From positions 1 to 24,752 of IMG/VR virus record IMGVR_UViG_3300005512_000311: 24,752 nucleotides of DNA. One strand, written 5' to 3'. The notes under the pieces are model-generated. The model saw only the letters and a list, made by a program, of their open reading frames with translations, was not told where the DNA came from and did no database searches. The translations under genes and the position numbers were made by a program. This document shows positions 17,257 through 24,752 of the stretch, one piece after another. The DNA comes from a virus (Duplodnaviria; Caudoviricetes). The first letter of the stretch is position 1; every line of letters starts with the position of its first letter.

Positions 17257-17454
17257 TTACTTCGCTGCCTTTTTCCTGGTTGCTTTAGGCTTCGCCGCGC
17301 GAGTGTCCGCGTCGACTTGGTTCGCCTCGGTCCAAGCGACCGCGCGACCCCGAGAAATTAGCCAGTGACCGTCCTCGTCGCTCACTTCGAGCGGCCTGCC
17401 GGCTTCCTGGTGTTCGCCATTCCAGGCGATTGAACTAACGAGTTTCACTTTCAT
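17257..17454 (-). CDS. Small post-capsid protein with a Lys-rich tail
   Basis: GAGGT RBS; position after the capsid gene. Confidence 0.7.
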   Translation of the reverse strand: MKVKLVSSIAWNGEHQEAGRPLEVSDEDGHWLISRGRAVAWTEANQVDADTRAAKPKATRKKAAK

Positions 17455-17465
17455 GTCATAACCTC

Positions 17466-17492
17466 AAAAGAAAAGGCGCCCCGGGGGGCGCC
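17466..17492 (-). terminator. Rho-independent terminator after the capsid gene
   Basis: GGCGCCC-CCCG-GGGCGCC followed by TTTTCTTTT on the minus strand. Confidence 0.85.
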
Positions 17493-17499
17493 GTCATGC

Positions 17500-20229
17500 T
17501 TAGGCAGTAGTGACATCGAGAATCGCTGCGAACGATTCTGCGTGTCGGACTGCAACATCAACATCCTGATACATAGCGATTCGGGTCGCTCCAGTGCTTG
17601 ATCCAGTGTAAGGATCAACCAGAACGTCCAGACCGCCGAACATCCCGATCATCAGGTCGCTGAAGTTGCCGAAAATCACCGCAGAACAAACGCCCGAGCT
17701 GGTTCCCTTCGTCAAATCAGACGGAACCAGCGTCGTGCTGGCTACAGGGTAACCGAGCAGCGTGTTGGTATCGTTGAGGATAAAGTTGCCCTCGACACCG
17801 CTCGCCTGACGGGAGATTTGACGCATCTCGCCGACCACTTTCGGGTTGGTGAGATATGCCAGGCTTCCGCCGAGCGCGTTGTCGATTGCGACCTCTTTCT
17901 CGAGATCAACCAGCGCGGCATAGGTAACCGCTCCGCCGTTGGTGCCGATAGCCACAGAACCGATGCCGCTGGTCTGCGTGATGCCGGTCGGCTCGTTAGA
18001 ACCGCCGCCCTCGATTGCCACCTCGTCGATTTTCGCCGCGAATTGGCGGGTCATATCGTCGCGGATGATCTGCTCAACGCTTGGATCAGACTGCATAGAC
18101 AGCTTGCGAGAGATATCGACATACTGAACCAGCGTTTTCGGCGACATTGTTACCTGGCGGAACGTGGGCGCGCCCTCTGAGCCCGGCGCGTTGTTCTCGG
18201 CAACAAAACCGACCGCAGTTTTCGCATTCAGCGCGGGAATAGCGACGTCGCCGCTCAATCCCTGCATCATGCGAGCGCCCAGGCTAGAAGTCACCAGGTT
18301 AGCGCGCAGCGCGTCGATAAACTCGCCGCCCAGATGGTCGGTAGGCTTCAAAAAGCCGCCGGCAGTGTTGGTGCCGACAGTCAGATCACGCTTGAAAATG
18401 CTTTGCGGAACGTAAAAGCCGCGAGGCTCTTTGCCGTAACGCTTTGCAAGCTCTTCCGATACTTCGCGCTCGAAACCGTCGAAACGGCCAGTTTGCGCGG
18501 AGCGGATTGCGTTAATCAAGCTATATTGACGCTCTTCCTTCTGAGTCAGCTCAACGTCAGCGACTTCGAGAGGCTTGTCGGCAATTTTATCCAACAATGC
18601 GCCCCGGAACTGCGCCAATGTCATGCCCTGGCGAATAGCGTCGTCAGCGAATGATCGCTGATTATGCTTTGCGGCCAGGCCGAGCATTTCGTTTACTTCC
18701 TTGGATCGTTCGGCAGCGGCTTCCGCGCGTACCTGATCCAAATCGATTTGGTTTTCCTGTTCCATGATTGGAACCTCCTTTTCGATGGGTTTAATGGTAG
18801 CGGTTTCGGATACCTCGACCGAACGCCCCACACCGACTGACGGGTCGGCGGGAAGTGAAACGATAGAGACTTCCATGATTTCGGCGTCGATTACTCGGAA
18901 CAAATCCTGCTCGTCCTTGTCCCTTTCCATTCGCCGAACTTTGTACCCGATAGAAACATTCGAGCGAATGCCATCGAGCACATCTCGATAAACCTCGTCG
19001 GCAAGCGCACCTCTTCCAAAGCGCACGGTCGCCCGGAGACGCCGGGCCGATCCGTCGAGATTTACGGATTCAATTACCCCGATCTGTCGCTCGGGGTCGT
19101 GATCCAGCAGCAGCGGGGCGCTGCCAGATCGCAAAAATTTAAGGTCGAGTGTCTCCTCGCTGTGAACAATCAGCTCGCGACCGAATGATCGCTCGACTTC
19201 CTGCTCACTCGAGACGGACATATCGACGCGCCGGTCGTCCTTTTCTTCCATCTCCCCGTCGATCATTCGACGGAAAACCTCGGTTTTCGACAGCCGCTGC
19301 TCGTCAAAATCTTCGCCGGCCTCCACGATTTCGGGCTCATCCATTGGCTCTTCATCGTGCATAGGCTTCGCAAACGTGATGATGATCTCGTCGTCGGTCT
19401 CCACTAGGTTTTTAATATGTCGCTCTTCCACTGCGCCATCTCCTGATTCGTTGATTTCCTGAGTATAACCCGCCGCCTTCTCGCTTTCATCATCGGACGC
19501 CAGCGGATGACCGTCCGGGAATAAATCGGTGTCGTGCTTGCCGCCTTGGAATCGGTCGTTTTTCATTGCAAAGAGAAAAGAATTCACCCTCGCATAAGCC
19601 CACTGCTCTGGGGAGCTTACGCCAGGGCGAACCGATCCGGGGTTTGTCTTATAGGCGCCAATCCCGCGCTCAAACACCTTCCGCAGCATTCCGATCGTTA
19701 CCCGGCGCAGGGGATCGTCGCCGACCTCCTCGTTATGCTCGTCGCGCTTGTTCTCGAGCGCAGTTTCGACTTCATCGGAGAGCTGCCGATCTTCCTCTTC
19801 ATCTTCGTCATAGTGCGCGCGGTCGTCGTCTTTTTTGCCCTCGAGCTTTTTGATCAGCTCCAGAATTGCGTCCTTCATGCCTTGCTCGCCGAGCGTACCA
19901 ATGACGCCCCACTTCATTTGTGCGACCACCCCGCCGACGTTGCTTTTGTTCGGCTCATCGCTCGATAAATGGGCGCCATCCTCAAAATGGCGCGCTGCCC
20001 AGGCTTCCCGCTCCTTGATCCAATCCAGAACCGAACCGGCCTCGTCGCCATCCCGCGCGCGCCCCCATAACCGGAAAGCGTCATTGCCCCGGATGTTCCC
20101 ACCCAGCGCCCATACCTCGGAGTTGAACTCCTTGATATTTTCCGCAAATTGTCTGTCGAACTGCGGATATTCTGAGTTTCGCAGCGATATTTTCAGATCA
20201 TCGCCCTTCTTGGGGAAGTCAGTCGCCAT
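17500..20229 (-). CDS. Polyprotein: two accessory domains + prohead protease + HK97-fold major capsid protein
   Basis: Protease motifs LLLDH377, NVS426IGY, E453VSIVSLPAD; capsid from M489 (GGFLKPT, VIFGNFS, VAVRHAESF); no stop across 909 codons. Confidence 0.92.
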   Translation of the reverse strand: MATDFPKKGDDLKISLRNSEYPQFDRQFAENIKEFNSEVWALGGNIRGNDAFRLWGRARDGDEAGSVLDWIKEREAWAARHFEDGAHLSSDEPNKSNVGGVVAQMKWGVIGTLGEQGMKDAILELIKKLEGKKDDDRAHYDEDEEEDRQLSDEVETALENKRDEHNEEVGDDPLRRVTIGMLRKVFERGIGAYKTNPGSVRPGVSSPEQWAYARVNSFLFAMKNDRFQGGKHDTDLFPDGHPLASDDESEKAAGYTQEINESGDGAVEERHIKNLVETDDEIIITFAKPMHDEEPMDEPEIVEAGEDFDEQRLSKTEVFRRMIDGEMEEKDDRRVDMSVSSEQEVERSFGRELIVHSEETLDLKFLRSGSAPLLLDHDPERQIGVIESVNLDGSARRLRATVRFGRGALADEVYRDVLDGIRSNVSIGYKVRRMERDKDEQDLFRVIDAEIMEVSIVSLPADPSVGVGRSVEVSETATIKPIEKEVPIMEQENQIDLDQVRAEAAAERSKEVNEMLGLAAKHNQRSFADDAIRQGMTLAQFRGALLDKIADKPLEVADVELTQKEERQYSLINAIRSAQTGRFDGFEREVSEELAKRYGKEPRGFYVPQSIFKRDLTVGTNTAGGFLKPTDHLGGEFIDALRANLVTSSLGARMMQGLSGDVAIPALNAKTAVGFVAENNAPGSEGAPTFRQVTMSPKTLVQYVDISRKLSMQSDPSVEQIIRDDMTRQFAAKIDEVAIEGGGSNEPTGITQTSGIGSVAIGTNGGAVTYAALVDLEKEVAIDNALGGSLAYLTNPKVVGEMRQISRQASGVEGNFILNDTNTLLGYPVASTTLVPSDLTKGTSSGVCSAVIFGNFSDLMIGMFGGLDVLVDPYTGSSTGATRIAMYQDVDVAVRHAESFAAILDVTTA

Positions 20230-21730
20230 CGGAATCCTCAGTCATCGCATCAAATGATTCGCCGGTCATCAGGTTGATTTTTCCGGGTCCGTAGGGCGAC
20301 TGTCCGCCACCGAACGGCTCGAACGCCAGCTTGAGACCGAACTGCTCGGCGAGTTGCTTGTCTCGAGCGACCTGGGCGAATACTTCCTCGACGTCCCGCC
20401 CATACACGTTTGCGACGTCCTGGAGCGATATCAGGCCATTTTGCAGGGCGACGACATGGGCATTGATCTCTTTCTGCGGGTCGACCCAGGCAAATCCGCG
20501 CGGTCGGAACTGCGACGCGCTCGCGAACTTGTCGAATTTATCGATGGGCAGATTAACCGAGCCAATCGTGAACGCATTTATCAGCCACTTTTCATAAATC
20601 GGCATGACGAAATGCGTAATCATGTAGCTCTGAATCATTTTATAAAAGTCGCGGTCCTCGATGCTGCCCTGCCGGATGCTCGAATAGCTGGTCTGCGTCA
20701 GGTCATTCGCCAGCGAGTGATAGGAAACGCCGAGCCCCGACGCGATACCTCGCAAGATAGATTTCTCGAAATCACCGAACGCGCTGGTCGGATGCGACGG
20801 GTCCCAGGGTTGGAACTCGACATCCCTCGGGAGCTGGAAGAATGAGCCCGGCTCGGCGTCGGTAATCGGGATGACGCTATCCTCGAGATCGTCGCCCATG
20901 AAACCCTCGCCGGACCTCGAGACGAAAAAGCCCATTTTGCTCGCAGCAGTGCGCGCAGCGACCAGCTCCGCCTCGCGATACCCGTGCAACATCTTCAGCG
21001 ACGTCAGCGCGGTCGACATCCAAGGTACGCCGCGCGTTTGCTGGGCGCGGTCGGGCATATACAAGTGCAAAATGCTCTCGGCATCGACTCGCTGGGTCCG
21101 CCGGTCGTACTGGTGGAATTGATAATCGCCGGGATGCTCGGTCAGCATGTGATAGGCGACCGGGCGCCGGTATTGATCGAACTCAACGCCCATCCTGATT
21201 TCGTTCCCATTCGGCGCGCGCTCGTTTTTCTCCTCGTCGATCAGATCGGGCTCAAGGAATTCAAGCGCAAAACGGTCCTGGTTGCCGTCATAGTTGACGA
21301 TCCGCACCAGCGCCTCGCCATCCCGAGCCATAGACTCGACGACCATCGCCTGCGCGTCGGCGAACGACAGCCGCCCGTCGACCGTGCAGCTCCCGACCTT
21401 CGACCATCTTTTCCATTCTTGCTCGATGATAGTGTTACCGATGGTATCGAGACTGCCGTCGACGTTGGTCGCCTTGACCTGGAGAGACGCCCCGCGCTCC
21501 CCGACGACGTTGGTTTTTACCAGGTGCAAGTATCGCCGGGCATATTCGTTATTTCTGGCGAGCTCTCGGCAGCGATTCCGCAGCGTTTTCAGCGAATACC
21601 GCAGCTCCGAATCCGCCGAGCGCTGGGATGTTACAAAGTCAGAAAACAGTCGCCCGGTCGCAGCTCCATCGAAACCGCGCTTTTTCGCGACCGGCTTCGG
21701 CTTACGTCGGAATATATCGAGCATTCCCAT
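20219..21730 (-). CDS. Portal protein, lambda family
   Basis: LRNRCRELARNN, GVEFDQYRRPVAYH, QTRGVPW, SYSSIRQG, WVDPQKE. Confidence 0.95.
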   Translation of the reverse strand: MGMLDIFRRKPKPVAKKRGFDGAATGRLFSDFVTSQRSADSELRYSLKTLRNRCRELARNNEYARRYLHLVKTNVVGERGASLQVKATNVDGSLDTIGNTIIEQEWKRWSKVGSCTVDGRLSFADAQAMVVESMARDGEALVRIVNYDGNQDRFALEFLEPDLIDEEKNERAPNGNEIRMGVEFDQYRRPVAYHMLTEHPGDYQFHQYDRRTQRVDAESILHLYMPDRAQQTRGVPWMSTALTSLKMLHGYREAELVAARTAASKMGFFVSRSGEGFMGDDLEDSVIPITDAEPGSFFQLPRDVEFQPWDPSHPTSAFGDFEKSILRGIASGLGVSYHSLANDLTQTSYSSIRQGSIEDRDFYKMIQSYMITHFVMPIYEKWLINAFTIGSVNLPIDKFDKFASASQFRPRGFAWVDPQKEINAHVVALQNGLISLQDVANVYGRDVEEVFAQVARDKQLAEQFGLKLAFEPFGGGQSPYGPGKINLMTGESFDAMTEDSDGD

Positions 21731-22317
21731 CAGATAAACCTCACCTTAACCGTCGCCGCTGTTTTGCGCCCTAGATGAATCTGCTCGTGTCGCTTTAACG
21801 CCAGCACCTCGGCGTTGTAGTAATCGCGCCATTTTATCAGCTCGTCGATAGACAGTTTGGTTAGGCTGCGGCCTTGAATTGAATAATTTGAAACGTCGGA
21901 ATCCGCGCGCCCCTCGAGCAGCGATTCGATTTTCGTCAGCATTTTCTCGGCGTGAATGCGCGGGTCCGCGTTGTTCGCGTCCAGATCGACCAGAATGTCG
22001 AACGCGCCCCGGTCGACGACGATCCGATTGCTGTCGGAATCTCGAACGATCTCGAGCTGCCAGTGATAATACCCAGCGCTATATCCCGCAGTCGTCGACG
22101 AATCCGCCGTGAATAGGTACGCCCCGCCGCTCGCAGTCCCGGCGATTTGAATTTCACTGGCACCGCCGCCGGTCACTCTGGCAATATAGGTCGCGGTATA
22201 TTCGTCGGTCGGGTAGTCAGTTGTAAGGTCGGAGCGTTTCCATTGCACATAGTCACCGACTATAAAAGTGAGCGGTTCCCCTTCCGGGGCGCTCGCGGCG
22301 TCGAATAGGTTTGCCAA
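21730..22317 (-). CDS. gpW-like head completion protein with a long N-terminal extension
   Basis: Between terL and portal; C-terminal NYSIQGRSLTKLSIDELIKWRDYY; TTG start after GGAGG. Confidence 0.7.
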   Translation of the reverse strand: MANLFDAASAPEGEPLTFIVGDYVQWKRSDLTTDYPTDEYTATYIARVTGGGASEIQIAGTASGGAYLFTADSSTTAGYSAGYYHWQLEIVRDSDSNRIVVDRGAFDILVDLDANNADPRIHAEKMLTKIESLLEGRADSDVSNYSIQGRSLTKLSIDELIKWRDYYNAEVLALKRHEQIHLGRKTAATVKVRFI

Positions 22318-22320
22318 GTC

Positions 22321-24150
22321 CTACCTCCAATTATTTACGAATCCGCCCGACTTCCGATTCGCTTGCCGCTTCCTGGGCTCGGCTTTCTGGCCGTCTCCCT
22401 GCGGTCGCTGCTCTGCGATTTTATCCGCCAGTATATTGATATTGATGCCCGAAATATACAGCGCCGCCATAGCATAGCATCGAACGTCAAGTGCTTCATT
22501 CCTTCGCCGCTTTTTTACCCATTGCCGCTTTGCATGACCGCGAACGTATCGCGTGACAAGTTGCTCCGCCGTGAGCTGCAAAAAATACTCTGAATCGCGG
22601 TCATTCGGGAAATGACAATAACCAGGACCGGGATCAGCGATCCGCAGCCGGCCATGAACCAGCTCTTTCGCGGTATCGGCGCCCAGCGGATAGAGTCGCA
22701 CCTTTCCGATGTTGTTTTTGCTGGGGCGCCCGACCAGGGGGCGACCCTCGCCACCAACGCCCTTTATCCCGAACACTCGCCGCGACTCTCGGCCCTTGAT
22801 ATATCGATAGGTCGCCTGGGTATGATGTCCGCCGGTATCGATGCAGGTCGCGCGAACACCCAGCTCGCGACCGTCCGCTGTTTCATAGCTCGCAAACAAA
22901 ACCGCGTCCAGATCGGCCCAAACCTGGGGGCTGCTCGGGTCGCCGGGTAGAATCATATAGTCGAGGCTCCACGTTTCCTCATCCCGACCAACGCCCACCA
23001 GCTCCAGCTCGAGCCGGTCGTCCTGGACGTCGACCCCGGCGACGACCGCAACGACCTCCGCCGGCCAGGCATCGCCCCAATCCTCGGCGCGCTCCTCGAG
23101 CATATCCTGGTCGACGCTATCGCCCGACTCTTCCCAGGTTTCGGCGAGCGACACGTTGACGAATGTCTGGAGATCGCCGCTGCGCTTTTTCTCGAGGAAT
23201 GACTGCGCGATATCGCCGAGCTTCCGAAAGCATGAATACAGCTCATTCAAATGATAGCTGGCATGGCCTCGGAACTCTCTGGCGCCGCGCCATTCGCCGC
23301 GCCTTATCGCAGCAATCCGCTCCCCATCGCCCCACATGACGCCGCAGCCATTACAGGCATACTTCGCGGTTTCGGGCTGATCCTCGTCCCAGATCACGCT
23401 TGCCCAGACTAATTTCTGGCGGTGGTCGCAGCTCGGGCATGGCACATAAAAGTGCCGCTGATCGCCCTGGATATAAGAGTCCTCGATCCAGCTCGCGTTT
23501 TTGATTGTCGGTGTGCTGATCTCGAGCAGCTTCCGCCGGTCTCCGAACGTCGCCGCGCGTTGCCACAGCAGCGATACCGGATGCCCCTCGGTGCTTTTGT
23601 CGTAGCCGTCAGTCTCGTCGCAAACGATGAAAGGCGCCGAGCGTCCGCGCATAGTCTTAGGTGATCCCGACCAAGAAAACATCAGGAATCCGCCGGGGTA
23701 GCTCTTCATGCGCTGATTGTTGACGCCCTCGCGGCCTCGAGGCTTTGCAATGAGCCCCTGGAGCTGGTCGTTGCTGTCGACCAGCGGGTTGAATTTAGTC
23801 TCGAGCCAGGTCGATAGATCGCCTTGCGACGGCTGCATCATGATCTGGCTTTGCGGGTCTTGCCCGATCTTGAACGCCTGCGCGCATAGCGCCAGCATTG
23901 TTTTGCCGACCTGGGCGCTCCACATGAGCGTGATCCGCTGGCATTCTGGGTTCGCGGTCATATCCAGTGGCTCGCGCTGATACGGCGCGTGATCGAACCG
24001 GATGAGACCGGGGACCGCGTTACCAATTGGAACCCTGACGTTCTGCTCCGCCCATTCGCTCGGTTTGAGATTCGGCGGCGGCTTTAGGTGACGCGCTGCG
24101 GAGCGGATCGTCCGCCGCAGTCCGTCGAAATTCGTGAACTCACTCGTCAT
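22321..24150 (-). CDS. terL: Terminase large subunit (lambda gpA family)
   Basis: SAQVGKT Walker A, VCDETD Walker B, ISTPT, CPSC/CNGC Zn motif, GVDVQ, IDTGG, RNEALD. Start set at ATG 24150, overlapping the terS end. Confidence 0.96.
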   Translation of the reverse strand: MTSEFTNFDGLRRTIRSAARHLKPPPNLKPSEWAEQNVRVPIGNAVPGLIRFDHAPYQREPLDMTANPECQRITLMWSAQVGKTMLALCAQAFKIGQDPQSQIMMQPSQGDLSTWLETKFNPLVDSNDQLQGLIAKPRGREGVNNQRMKSYPGGFLMFSWSGSPKTMRGRSAPFIVCDETDGYDKSTEGHPVSLLWQRAATFGDRRKLLEISTPTIKNASWIEDSYIQGDQRHFYVPCPSCDHRQKLVWASVIWDEDQPETAKYACNGCGVMWGDGERIAAIRRGEWRGAREFRGHASYHLNELYSCFRKLGDIAQSFLEKKRSGDLQTFVNVSLAETWEESGDSVDQDMLEERAEDWGDAWPAEVVAVVAGVDVQDDRLELELVGVGRDEETWSLDYMILPGDPSSPQVWADLDAVLFASYETADGRELGVRATCIDTGGHHTQATYRYIKGRESRRVFGIKGVGGEGRPLVGRPSKNNIGKVRLYPLGADTAKELVHGRLRIADPGPGYCHFPNDRDSEYFLQLTAEQLVTRYVRGHAKRQWVKKRRRNEALDVRCYAMAALYISGININILADKIAEQRPQGDGQKAEPRKRQANRKSGGFVNNWR

Positions 24151-24643
24151 CGTCGTCAGGCTCCAGATCAAAGTCGCCCAGCGACTCAAGCGCCTGGTCG
24201 ATCTCTTTCAGAATCACGGCTTTGATCCGCGTCTCGCTTTCCTCGCCAAGGATAGCAGTCGCGACCCGGCTCGGGACCGAGCGGATGTTTGTTTTAACCT
24301 CGGCAAATGTATTTGAAAGCGCGCGCTCGAGCTGCGCCAGCGGAACGACCTCGCCCTGGGCTCGCGATAGCTCCAGCTCTACTTTCGCCGTCTCCGCTGC
24401 GAGCTTGCGGCGCTTCAGCTCCCGCTCGTCCGCCTGATCGCCGCCGGCTGCGGATTCCTTCGCGCGCTGCTCGAGCCATGCGGAGACGTCCGCCGTGTTG
24501 ATCTTCCAGGCTTTACCCCGACTGCCGCGCTGCGCGACCGGCATCCCCCGCTTTACCCATGCGTCAACGGTAGTATGCGAGACGCCAAAAAGGTCGGCGA
24601 TCTCCTGTCGTGTTACCGTTTTACCCCTAGTTGTTACCGGCAT
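24140..24643 (-). CDS. terS: Terminase small subunit (Nu1-like)
   Basis: N-terminal winged HTH VTRQEIADLFGVSHTTVDAWVKRGMP, coiled coil, directly upstream of terL. Confidence 0.9.
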   Translation of the reverse strand: MPVTTRGKTVTRQEIADLFGVSHTTVDAWVKRGMPVAQRGSRGKAWKINTADVSAWLEQRAKESAAGGDQADERELKRRKLAAETAKVELELSRAQGEVVPLAQLERALSNTFAEVKTNIRSVPSRVATAILGEESETRIKAVILKEIDQALESLGDFDLEPDDDDE

Positions 24644-24660
24644 TCACACCCCTGTAACCC
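24611..24660. repeat. Three TGT(T/A)ACC(G/C) direct repeats at exactly 21-bp spacing
   Basis: TGTTACCG at 24611, TGTTACCG at 24632, TGTAACCC at 24653. Confidence 0.55.
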
Positions 24661-24731
24661 TAAGTGCCACTTTCATTATTCTAGACCTCCGGTTTTCTCG
24701 CAGAATGCAAACACCGCGCTCGCGAATCACC

Positions 24732-24752
24732 AGATCGGAAGAGCGTCGTGTA
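24732..24752 (+). other. Illumina TruSeq adapter remnant (artefact)
   Basis: AGATCGGAAGAGCGTCGTGTA is the start of the TruSeq read-2 adapter. Confidence 0.98.

Noticed and set aside
20984-21778. 264-aa plus-strand ORF, and similar ones at 12852-13655, 2507-3082 and 16439-17011
   Set aside because: Antisense shadows of well-supported minus-strand genes in GC-rich DNA, with no recognisable motifs
24732-24752. Terminal 21 nt as biological sequence
   Set aside because: Matches the Illumina TruSeq adapter; library artefact
1-24752. Alternative genetic code (stop reassignment)
   Set aside because: TAA, TAG and TGA all end conserved full-length genes and coding density is high under the standard code

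Overview
A dense, mostly minus-strand fragment of a tailed dsDNA phage, a siphovirus with a lambda-type packaging and head module. Read on the minus strand (right to left), the order is: probable genome end, terS (Nu1-like), terL (gpA-like), extended gpW-like adaptor, lambda-family portal, and a 909-aa polyprotein (two extra N-terminal domains + prohead protease + HK97-fold capsid, with two in-frame internal RBS/starts). Next come head closure, tail terminator, tail tube, G/GT chaperones with a -1 frameshift, tape measure, two tail-tip proteins and a compositionally foreign receptor-binding protein with 7 x 52-aa repeats. Then a lysis cluster with a Cys-variant GH24 lysozyme, an HNH nuclease and the only plus-strand gene (YqaJ-like exonuclease), which diverges from a Cro-like HTH gene with no CI between them. 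The left end holds a replication/recombination operon: resolvase-like nuclease, Sak4-like ATPase, SSB, stand-alone primase Zn-ribbon and RepA-like helicase. The last 21 nt are an untrimmed Illumina adapter. I see no integrase, CI repressor, tRNA, CRISPR array or reverse transcriptase. All family calls come from motif recognition by eye, not from database searches.
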